This document shows, piece by piece, positions 19,403 through 26,904 of a stretch of DNA of 32,833 bases. Positions within the stretch are counted from its first letter, which is position 1. Each line of letters opens with the position of its first letter. Made by a program: the position numbers and the translations under genes. The notes below the pieces were generated by a model. The model did no database searches. It was not told where the DNA came from and saw nothing but the letters and a program-made list of their open reading frames with translations. The stretch is from a virus (lineage: Duplodnaviria; Caudoviricetes). Where the stretch lies: positions 1-32,833 of IMG/VR virus record IMGVR_UViG_3300017544_000009; one strand, written 5' to 3'.

Positions 19403-21138
19403 CCGCCTGTCAGCCTCTGAAGCAGGTTCCCACCGCCGCCCGTGTCAGCTTCCGACAACAGCCGGGCAGCATCAGCACCCTGTTGAGCGGCAGGAGCCAT
19501 CGCAGCGGCCTGCGCCATCTGCTGCTGGCGAGCACGGTCGGCCCTGATCCTGTCGCGCTGGCGTTCATCACGCAGGCCGGTGGCTGGCGCTCCGGAACGC
19601 TCCCAATAGTCGCGAACCACGGCATCGGTATCGACATTGTCGAGCGCGTCAGGCCATGCGCCTGCAAGGTTGCCAACAAAACTGACGGCTCGCTCGGTCT
19701 GGCTGATCCCCATCAACTTCTGCGCCTGTGCAAGGACCGATGTGAAATCGACCTGTATTTCCATACCCTCAATCTCTTCGGGGGCAGGCGGCAGCATCCC
19801 ACCACGTTCCAGCAGGCCGAACATGCGGTCAAAGGCGGGCTGGAGAAATTCGCTGTTGGCGCGGTCAGTGACGGGGCCAAGCTGGGTCAACTGCTCCTCA
19901 TGACGCCGCACAAGCTCCTCGACGTTGCGCGGCTGGACCCCGTCCATATTCGTGATCGCCATGAACAGGTCGGCATAGGTCATGCGGTCGATGGCGCGGC
20001 GGGCGTCATCCACATCGCCGTTGATCGCAGCAATGACCTGATACGGAATCTCATAGATGGGCTGGATGCCCTGCGTCATGTCGACAGCGGCGACGGTCGT
20101 GTGCTGCCCCGGCAGCATTGACACGCGGTCAACAGACGGCGGCCCCCATGTCGGTGGCTTGACGGCCATGTCCGTCGCTTCGCCCTTGCGCTTGGACTGC
20201 AACTGAAGCGCGCGCATATCAGGCAGCGCCTTCTTGCCGCGCCCCGTGCCAAACACGTCCCCACCGATGGTTTCCCAGCGGGGGGCCATGAAGGGCTGTT
20301 CGTGATAGCCTTCGATGGCGAGGAACTTCTTCTTGTCCTCGCAACCCTCTTCCCATTTCACCGAGCGAATGGGCATACCGATCGCCCCGATGCGGCCCGG
20401 CACATAGGCCGGGTTCGGCTCGATCAACTGGCGAACGACGAACTCACGCTCGTAATGCCCGTTGTCCCACGCCTCTTTCACCTGACGGCTGACACGATCC
20501 CAATGCAGGCTTTTGCTGTCATAGCGATCAGCCACATAGGTCGTGACCATCTGCCGCGCTGTCATCGTATAGCTGCGGGCAAGACTATCGGGCCGCTGAT
20601 CCTCGCCCACCGTTATGGAATATTCGCCAGCGGTCAGGGGGTGGCTGACAGAAAGCAGGCTGTCATGCTTCTGGAGGATCGTCGCCGCCGTCCCGAAAGC
20701 CGCCATCTCCAGATAGCAGGAGAGCGCGGACTCATAGAAATTCGACAGCGAGAACGCTGTGTAGAGCAGCGATCCGACCTCATCGAGCCAGATACGCACC
20801 GGATAGTAATTATTCAGATCATCGTCGGCGAGCTTAGGCTTGAACCATGGCCGGGACCGCGACGACAGGCCCGAAAGCATCCCATTGGCGCAAACCTCGA
20901 ATGACCGGATGCTGTGCCCGTCATAGAGATTGGTCTTATTCGAGGCGGACTTGTGCTTGCCCTTGTGGTTCTCGACCAGACGCTTGGACCGCTGCGGCAT
21001 GCACAGGCCCGCGATCTCATACCATTCGGCGTCATATTCCTGGCGCAACGCCATCATCGACTTGAAGCGATGATCGCAATGCTCGCGCAGCTTGTCGTCC
21101 GTCGATGCGCGAAGGGAAAGAACCTCCCGCTCGGCCAT
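19399..21138 (-). CDS. Portal protein (head-tail connector, T7 gp8/Bbp21 family)
   Basis: LSGLSSRSRPWF, SNFY, AFGTA, PFMAPRW...FGTGRG..ALPD, EELVRRHEEQLTQLGPV motifs. 579 aa. Confidence 0.92.
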   Translation of the reverse strand: MAEREVLSLRASTDDKLREHCDHRFKSMMALRQEYDAEWYEIAGLCMPQRSKRLVENHKGKHKSASNKTNLYDGHSIRSFEVCANGMLSGLSSRSRPWFKPKLADDDLNNYYPVRIWLDEVGSLLYTAFSLSNFYESALSCYLEMAAFGTAATILQKHDSLLSVSHPLTAGEYSITVGEDQRPDSLARSYTMTARQMVTTYVADRYDSKSLHWDRVSRQVKEAWDNGHYEREFVVRQLIEPNPAYVPGRIGAIGMPIRSVKWEEGCEDKKKFLAIEGYHEQPFMAPRWETIGGDVFGTGRGKKALPDMRALQLQSKRKGEATDMAVKPPTWGPPSVDRVSMLPGQHTTVAAVDMTQGIQPIYEIPYQVIAAINGDVDDARRAIDRMTYADLFMAITNMDGVQPRNVEELVRRHEEQLTQLGPVTDRANSEFLQPAFDRMFGLLERGGMLPPAPEEIEGMEIQVDFTSVLAQAQKLMGISQTERAVSFVGNLAGAWPDALDNVDTDAVVRDYWERSGAPATGLRDERQRDRIRADRARQQQMAQAAAMAPAAQQGADAARLLSEADTGGGGNLLQRLTGG

Positions 21139-21317
21139 TAGACGCCCAGAATATTGGTGGTGCTGGCTGCCGTGGTCTGGCCCGCCAGCATCGCGGCGGC
21201 ATAGCCACGGCGGCGCGCATCACTGTCGCTGAGCCGGGCGCGGACGTCACCCGTGGGGGGCTTGGCCGCTTGCCGCTCGGGTTGTGTCGGAACGTCTGGA
21301 GTGCCGCCTACGCACAT
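21138..21317 (-). CDS. 59-aa virion-associated protein preceding the portal (not in the ORF track)
   Basis: MCVGGTPDVPTQPERQ...TTNILGV. AGGTGA SD. TAATG overlap with the portal. The MC..P..P N-terminus is typical for this gene slot. Confidence 0.75.
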   Translation of the reverse strand: MCVGGTPDVPTQPERQAAKPPTGDVRARLSDSDARRRGYAAAMLAGQTTAASTTNILGV

Positions 21318-21343
21318 ATATCACCTGCCTTGTTGCAGGTGTT

Positions 21344-21385
21344 GGCCTACTATGGCGCAGGCAGGTCAGGCGGGGCTTTGCACAG
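21344..21385 (-). promoter_or_regulatory. Putative late promoter 1: CTGTGCA-N29-TAGGCC
   Basis: Fills the terL-to-head-operon gap. Identical architecture to the other two copies. Confidence 0.7.
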
Positions 21386-21387
21386 GA

Positions 21388-22908
21388 TCAGTCGCCAAGC
21401 TCAGCATATCGGTCATAGTGACCGCTGACCGGGCGCGGAATGTAGCTGGCGGGATCGCGGCTTTTCGGCACCTTGGGCGCCACTGGCTGGGCGAAGGTGC
21501 AGGCAAGGGCATCGCCACGGTCAGGCGAGGGAAGGCCGCGCGCCTTCATGTGCTCCTTCTTCTCCAGCACGATCCGCTGGTCCTGATCGAAGGTATATTC
21601 CGGGTTCGTCAGATCGTCCCTCAGTTCTTCGTCGTCGGCAGGGATGGCGCCATGCTCCAGCCATGCGCGCATACTGCTCCAAATCTCGGCCCGCTTGTTT
21701 GCGGTGCGGATGGTCACGCCTGCCGCCCACGCGGTATCACGGCCCTTGCCGCCGAAGTTGACCTCAACGATCAGGGTGCCGGGCAGCAATTGGCGGAGGC
21801 GATCGACCACGCCTGCGCCCATCGCGCCCACGTCAACCATGATGGCGTCGGGATGCTCCTGCTGCGCTTCGAGCGCGATATCACCGGCCAGCGTCATGGT
21901 GTCGACGCCGCGCCATTTCTTCCACGGACGGGATCGGGCATCGCGGCCCTGACGCTTGGCAAGGACGGACTCGTCATCACCGAAGCGGGCACAGTCGACA
22001 CCGTAGATCAGCGGGTCATTGATCAGCACGACGGGCTGGCGCTGTTGCGCGCCCTCGACCAGATCGGAGCCGATGAACTGCATGGATGAGGCGGACGGAA
22101 ACTGCCCACGCACACGGACCTTCACTATGTCGCTGTCTGCCCCGTAGGTGTCCACCATCTCCTGAAGGAACTTCTTGTTCGTCCCCTCGACCGTGCGGCT
22201 GTCTATCTGCCGCGTCTTCCACAGATGACGATAACGCCCGAAACACTCACGGAATCGCCCTGTGTTGCGTGTCGGGTTGCCGAACGCGATCCAGATGATT
22301 TCGGTATTCTCGTCGGTCAGCGCGCCTTCCGTGACCTCCCAGACCTTATCAGCGATGTTGGACGCCTCGTCGAAAATGATGACGATGCGCGATCCCTTGT
22401 TGTGCAGGCCAGCGAACGCCTCGGTATTCTGCTCCGACCATGTCACGGCATCGCAGCGCCAGCTTTCAGAATAGCCCGCGAACAGGGAGAACAGCCCTGT
22501 CTTAGTCGCCTTCCACCATCCAGCGGTGATGGACAGGAGCCGCCATTTTATGACCTCCGGCCATGTCTTGGTGCGTAGCTGGGCTTCCGTGTTGGCGGTC
22601 AGCACCACGCGGGTATTCTCGCAGGTGTCCGTCGCCCAGTCGACAATCATGGAGATCAGGGCCGACTTGCCGATGCCGTGCCCCGACGCAATGGCGATCC
22701 TCAGAGGTTCGTGGCGCGTCCCTGGGTTTCGCAGATGCAGCCCGATCGCGTTCAGCACATCACCCTGCCATTCACGCGGTCCATTGACATCGACCAGTGC
22801 AGCTTCACCCCACGGGAAGGCATAGCGCGCGTAGGACAGCGGATCGTGCGTGAAACCCGCGATGTCCTCCGCCAGCATCACTTCGGGGGAGACTTGTTCA
22901 GCTTTCAT
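21388..22908 (-). CDS. terL: Terminase large subunit
   Basis: Walker A SGHGIGKS, Walker B IIFDEAS, FGNPTR, nuclease motifs GVDCARFGDD and SPDRGDALA. Confidence 0.95.
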   Translation of the reverse strand: MKAEQVSPEVMLAEDIAGFTHDPLSYARYAFPWGEAALVDVNGPREWQGDVLNAIGLHLRNPGTRHEPLRIAIASGHGIGKSALISMIVDWATDTCENTRVVLTANTEAQLRTKTWPEVIKWRLLSITAGWWKATKTGLFSLFAGYSESWRCDAVTWSEQNTEAFAGLHNKGSRIVIIFDEASNIADKVWEVTEGALTDENTEIIWIAFGNPTRNTGRFRECFGRYRHLWKTRQIDSRTVEGTNKKFLQEMVDTYGADSDIVKVRVRGQFPSASSMQFIGSDLVEGAQQRQPVVLINDPLIYGVDCARFGDDESVLAKRQGRDARSRPWKKWRGVDTMTLAGDIALEAQQEHPDAIMVDVGAMGAGVVDRLRQLLPGTLIVEVNFGGKGRDTAWAAGVTIRTANKRAEIWSSMRAWLEHGAIPADDEELRDDLTNPEYTFDQDQRIVLEKKEHMKARGLPSPDRGDALACTFAQPVAPKVPKSRDPASYIPRPVSGHYDRYAELGD

Positions 22909-23431
22909 CACCAAGCCTCTTGCGGCGCTGGGCGATCACATCGGCCAAATTTGTCACGGTCACGTCGACCTTTTCCTTGAAGGCTTGCACGTCGACATGT
23001 TTGCCAATCAGGTCGACCCGCTTAATGCGGTCGGAGAGCTTCACCTTTTTGACTTGGGCATATTCCGGGTTGCCGTCCGCGTCTTCACCAACGCGCTCCG
23101 TTACAGTCTCCACGCCCTGCACCAAGCCTTGACGCCAGATCAGCGGCCATTGATGGATGGGCTTGAGATTCCCAATCTCATCATAAATGTCGGCAAGATC
23201 AGCGTCCGCTTCATCAGCGAGGCGCTTCAGCACCCAATCACTGTCGACCTTCGTCCGTTCTGCCCGCTCCGCCTGCGCTGCTGCGATTGCAGCGGCAATG
23301 TCAGGTTTTGAAAGGTTCTCGTCACCCATTTGCCGAGCCGTGCGTTCGCTGTAGCCAGCACGCCGAGCGGCGGCGGCGGCGTTCAGATCAATAAGATATT
23401 CCCGCACGAATGCGGCTTGCTTCGGCGTCAT
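22898..23431 (-). CDS. terS: Terminase small subunit
   Basis: TPKQAAFVREYLIDLNAAAAARRAGYS...ENLSKPDI N-terminal HTH. KLSDRIKRVDLIGKH C-terminal motif. Confidence 0.92.
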   Translation of the reverse strand: MTPKQAAFVREYLIDLNAAAAARRAGYSERTARQMGDENLSKPDIAAAIAAAQAERAERTKVDSDWVLKRLADEADADLADIYDEIGNLKPIHQWPLIWRQGLVQGVETVTERVGEDADGNPEYAQVKKVKLSDRIKRVDLIGKHVDVQAFKEKVDVTVTNLADVIAQRRKRLGDES

Positions 23432-23433
23432 GT

Positions 23434-23832
23434 CTACCTCGCCATTCCACGACGCGCGGCAGTACGCTGCACAGTGCCACGCCGCACAGACGCCGAGAGC
23501 CTATCGCTCATGTCCACAAAATCAGGGTCCATCTTCCGCAACAGGCGGGCACGGGCGTAACTGCGGACTATCACCGAATGATCGAGGTTCAGCGCGCGCC
23601 CGATCTGCTCGAAGGTGGCTCCGATATAATTCCGGGCCACCCATGATATCGCATGGCGCTGCTCGCACACGATCATGTCGCGCGCGTTCGAACGGATAAT
23701 CTCCACGCCTTCGCGGCATCCGCCCATCTCGAAGATGAGTTTACAGACCTCTACGGGCGCGCGTGTCACTTCCGCCAAGGATTGAGGATTAGCGTAGCGG
23801 TCTATTTGCTGTGTCGGGAAAAGATCATCCAT
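23434..23832 (-). CDS. Stand-alone DnaA C-terminal (domain IV) HTH protein; candidate late transcription regulator
   Basis: IRSNARDMIVCEQRHAISWVARNYIGATFEQIGRALNLDHSVIVRS parallels DnaA domain IV (R...RQIAMYL.R....SLPEIGR.F.RDHTTVLHA). No AAA+ domain. Start taken at ATG 23832. Confidence 0.8.
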   Translation of the reverse strand: MDDLFPTQQIDRYANPQSLAEVTRAPVEVCKLIFEMGGCREGVEIIRSNARDMIVCEQRHAISWVARNYIGATFEQIGRALNLDHSVIVRSYARARLLRKMDPDFVDMSDRLSASVRRGTVQRTAARRGMAR

Positions 23833-23917
23833 CAGAGCGTTTCCCGTTTTCGACACAACCCAGCAGAATTGAAAGCGCCGTGAAGGCGAGGATCGCGATG
23901 CCAGCGTATTCACTCAT
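23825..23917 (-). CDS. 30-aa hydrophobic peptide with lipobox-like LLGC (not in the ORF track)
   Basis: MSEYAGIAILAFTALSILLGCVENGKRSDG. GAGGGAG RBS, ATGA overlap upstream, overlaps the next start. Confidence 0.45.
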   Translation of the reverse strand: MSEYAGIAILAFTALSILLGCVENGKRSDG

Positions 23918-24114
23918 CCCCCAACTCCCTCACTTCCACACCACCTCATAATCCTTCCCCGTTGCGGGCTATCTGTGGACATTGCGCCAATAGAACTCGG
24001 CATAGTCGAGGCGCAGACCGAGACGCCGCGCCTCTGCCCCTGCCTCTGCCTTGGTGCGAGGGGATTTGAGGAGCCAACAGAGGAATTGCGTGGGTGGGGA
24101 GAGATGGCGTTCAT
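23914..24114 (-). CDS. Hypothetical 66-aa protein
   Basis: ATGA overlaps at both ends. No recognisable motif. Confidence 0.4.
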   Translation of the reverse strand: MNAISPHPRNSSVGSSNPLAPRQRQGQRRGVSVCASTMPSSIGAMSTDSPQRGRIMRWCGSEGVGG

Positions 24115-24347
24115 TGCTCATCTTCCCTCATCGCTTCCAACGCCTGGGAAATGTCCTCCAGCACCATGGCGATCTTCTCGAACACGCCCTGAACGCGATT
24201 CGGGTTGTTGATCTCGCCGAAGGTCAGGTTCTCTTGAAGGGTGCGATGTTCACGAGCCAGGCGCATGATGGAAAAGGCAATGGCGAACTGACCATCACCA
24301 GCACGGGCGCGGGAGGCAAAATCGTCCAGGATGTCACGGTCGCTCAT
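24111..24347 (-). CDS. Hypothetical 78-aa protein
   Basis: GGAGA RBS. Plausible helical protein directly after the iteron region. Confidence 0.7.
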   Translation of the reverse strand: MSDRDILDDFASRARAGDGQFAIAFSIMRLAREHRTLQENLTFGEINNPNRVQGVFEKIAMVLEDISQALEAMREDEQ

Positions 24348-24358
24348 AAAATCTCCAT

Positions 24359-24598
24359 GTTGGAAAGGTTGGAAAGAGGTTGGAAAGCTGAAACCCGCAG
24401 AAATGCTGGACTTTTTTCCTACTTTCCAACCTTTCCAACCTAATAATGATAAATACTCGCGCGCGTGCGCGTATGCGTAAGGACATGCTTTTGGTTGGAA
24501 AGGTTGGAAAGCTCTGAAATCTGCCTTTGATTTCAGGCAGATAATGTTTCCAACCCCCCGCTAAAAGGTTGGAAAAAGGTTGGAAAACAGGATGGAAA
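24359..24598. repeat. Iteron array (GGTTGGAAA, 11 copies in both orientations); putative phage replication origin
   Basis: Forward copies at 24359 (8 bp), 24367, 24378, 24493, 24502, 24567, 24578 and 24590 (GGATGGAAA). Reverse copies at 24423, 24432, 24547. AT-rich core at 24441-24455. Directly downstream of the VapE-type ATPase. Confidence 0.85.
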
Positions 24599-24599
24599 G

Positions 24600-25820
24600 T
24601 CATCCCTTCTTCCTCCCTTTCCGCGTCTCCGGCGCTTGCCCCGGAGGGAACCACCAGTTGACGTTCAGGCCATGGCGCAGGCAGCGGGCCTTTTCCCATC
24701 CACGATGCGTCAGGTGGTTGGTGACGCGCATCTCTGTGCTCGCGTCACGCCGCTCCACTTGGACGTTGAGCTTCTTGAGAACCTCAGAAGCTGTCACGCA
24801 CCCGCGCATGGCCACTTCCGGAGAATTGATAAAGGCATCGATATCTGGTGCCCAAGCATCCTCCTGGAAACGCTCAGATTGAATCTCATTTGCCGCAAGG
24901 TCAAGGTCCGAACCACGATCAATCCACCATTTTTCGCCAGCACTATAGAGTGCCACGGCTTCGGCCCATAATTGGTCACGGACGGCAACCAGTTTTTCCA
25001 GATCTACCGATCTGCAATATACAGGCCAGAACCGCCGCGCTCCTGTCGGATCACGCAAATAATCATGTTCGTTCGTGGAGCCGATGAATACAACCCTGCG
25101 CGGGCGATTAATAAAATGTCTACCCCACAACGGACGGTAATTGTCAACCGTCAAGGTCAGAAAATTCTTGATTGTTCGTATATCTGCCTTACCAAAGCCG
25201 CCCAGTTCGCCAAGATCGACTGCCCATTTTCCTTGTAGGGCAAGCGCAGACTCTTGGCCTTTGAACCCCGGCAGCCCGTTCATAACAAAATCTTCACCGA
25301 ACAGGGCGGCCACGGCAGATGACTTTCGGATACCCTGTTCGCCTTCGAGGATCAGCATTGTGTCCACCTTTGCGCCCGGGTTGAGGGCGCGGGCCACAGC
25401 GCTGATCAGAAACATGCGCCCAAACGCCCGGTTGATGTCGGTATCATCCGCGTCGAAAATGGATGGCAGCCAGGTGGCGACACGCTTCTTGCCGTCCCAC
25501 CGCAGCCCGTTTAGATAGTCGGCAACCGGGTTGAAGGACGTGTCCTCAGCAACCCTTAGTACGCCCATGGGAACGTCCTGCGCCTTTGGCTCAAAACCCG
25601 CCGCTTCGATTTGGAGGCGGATATCGATATAGTCGGTGTCGCGGAGGTCGCGGCCCTTCCATTCGATATTGCCGGTCAGTTCGTTGAAACGAAGCTGGGC
25701 CCCGAGGCCGGGGAGAAACCGCAAGTGGACCATGAGATTGGTGAGGTTCTTCTTCGCGCCCCTCTCCCCCATGTCGAGATGATGACGCCACGCGTTCAAT
25801 TGGTGCACTTCGGCCATCAT
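24600..25820 (-). CDS. VapE/VirE-family P-loop ATPase (replicative helicase-like), no N-terminal primase domain
   Basis: FNPVADYL, LILEGEQGIRKSS (Walker A), VDLGEL, YRPLWGR, FIGSTN, YLRDPTGARRFWPV, RDQLWAEA. Start at the ATGA overlap, 25820. Confidence 0.88.
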   Translation of the reverse strand: MMAEVHQLNAWRHHLDMGERGAKKNLTNLMVHLRFLPGLGAQLRFNELTGNIEWKGRDLRDTDYIDIRLQIEAAGFEPKAQDVPMGVLRVAEDTSFNPVADYLNGLRWDGKKRVATWLPSIFDADDTDINRAFGRMFLISAVARALNPGAKVDTMLILEGEQGIRKSSAVAALFGEDFVMNGLPGFKGQESALALQGKWAVDLGELGGFGKADIRTIKNFLTLTVDNYRPLWGRHFINRPRRVVFIGSTNEHDYLRDPTGARRFWPVYCRSVDLEKLVAVRDQLWAEAVALYSAGEKWWIDRGSDLDLAANEIQSERFQEDAWAPDIDAFINSPEVAMRGCVTASEVLKKLNVQVERRDASTEMRVTNHLTHRGWEKARCLRHGLNVNWWFPPGQAPETRKGRKKG

Positions 25821-26587
25821 GCGGCGCTCCTCAGCGCGAGAGGCGCTTCGACATGGGTGATGCGGGCCTGCTTGAAGATAACCTTCTTTAGCTTTGCTGC
25901 GTCGACGCCTGCGCCTGCCGTGATCGCTGTGACGCGTGGCCAGATGATCTTGCTGATTTCGCCGATAGCGAGAGAAGACGGCGGGAATCCGCCCCACTCC
26001 GGTTTGATATTGGCGATGCGGCGAGCCTGATCGCAGCGGTAGAGCCATTCGACGGCGGTGGCGGCGATTTCTCGCGCCCACGTCTTGGCATCAGCCAGAA
26101 CGGTGAAACGGTCGGACGGGGCGGCTTCGATGAGGGTATCGGTATCGCCGGAATAGAGGCTCGCCGCTCCGGTCGCCGGGTGGATCAGCAGAATATCGTC
26201 CGGTTCCCCGAACTTCGATCCCATGGGGCAGGGGATGGGCGTGGGAATGGCGACCTTCCATTCGCCACCAACCTTCATCGGCGCGAACGGAGCTACGGCA
26301 ATTGCCATATGCGGATCGTTCTCGTCCAGATTGAGAGCGCGGGCCTTCCAGGCTGTCGCAGCGGCCGGGTTCTTCCATTGCGCCCGGACCGCCTTGCGCC
26401 ACGCCGACCACATGGATTCGCCCGCCGCGCGGTCGAGAACGGAAATCATATCCCGCTGATATGACGCTGCCTCATCAAGCGCGCCCTTCCGAACATAGAC
26501 GCCCATGGCCTCGCCGATGTCGAGGGCGAGCGCGTCAAAGAATGGCCGCTGGGGCTGGTAAATGTCGATGATGTCGCGGGTTCTCAT
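25817..26587 (-). CDS. Hypothetical 256-aa replication-region protein
   Basis: Coupled to both neighbours by ATGA overlaps. No motif recognised. Confidence 0.75.
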   Translation of the reverse strand: MRTRDIIDIYQPQRPFFDALALDIGEAMGVYVRKGALDEAASYQRDMISVLDRAAGESMWSAWRKAVRAQWKNPAAATAWKARALNLDENDPHMAIAVAPFAPMKVGGEWKVAIPTPIPCPMGSKFGEPDDILLIHPATGAASLYSGDTDTLIEAAPSDRFTVLADAKTWAREIAATAVEWLYRCDQARRIANIKPEWGGFPPSSLAIGEISKIIWPRVTAITAGAGVDAAKLKKVIFKQARITHVEAPLALRSAA

Positions 26588-26904
26588 GCCAGACCCTCCA
26601 TTTTGAGGGTGGCGACAACATCGTCTACGGACCGTGCTTCAATGAATATGCCTTTGTTGCGAAGAACGGCATCACGGAATCGGCGCTGTGGAGTCGAGAG
26701 ACTTCCTTTGCCGGTCTTGCACTCAATCCCGATAAACCGCCCCTTGATGCAGGCGAGAATGTCACTGGAGCCGGTCAGCCCCGATTTGAACGGTTTTCCT
26801 TCGCGCGTGTAGGCTAGGCCGGGAGTGTCGTTGCTCCAGCAAAGGCCAAGGGGGCTGATGGCCAGAAGCACATTGCGGACCAGATCGGTGTGAGTGGCGT
26901 TCAT
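26584..26904 (-). CDS. VRR-NUC / PD-(D/E)xK nuclease (resolvase-like)
   Basis: GSSDILACIKGRFIGIECKTGKGSLSTPQRRF...ARSVDD. Start at the ATGA overlap, 26904. Confidence 0.88.
   Translation of the reverse strand: MNATHTDLVRNVLLAISPLGLCWSNDTPGLAYTREGKPFKSGLTGSSDILACIKGRFIGIECKTGKGSLSTPQRRFRDAVLRNKGIFIEARSVDDVVATLKMEGLA

Noticed and set aside
24359-24598. Possible CRISPR array
   Set aside because: Repeats are 9 bp, in both orientations and irregularly spaced. No cas genes.
24334-24699. 121-aa minus-strand ORF across the iteron region
   Set aside because: Its FPTFPT/LERLE repeats are just translations of the GGTTGGAAA iterons. The region is better explained as a non-coding origin.
25821-26081. 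87-aa N-terminal extension of the VapE ORF
   Set aside because: It overlaps the 256-aa gene out of frame and is Arg-rich and non-protein-like. The ATGA-coupled start at 25820 is more plausible.
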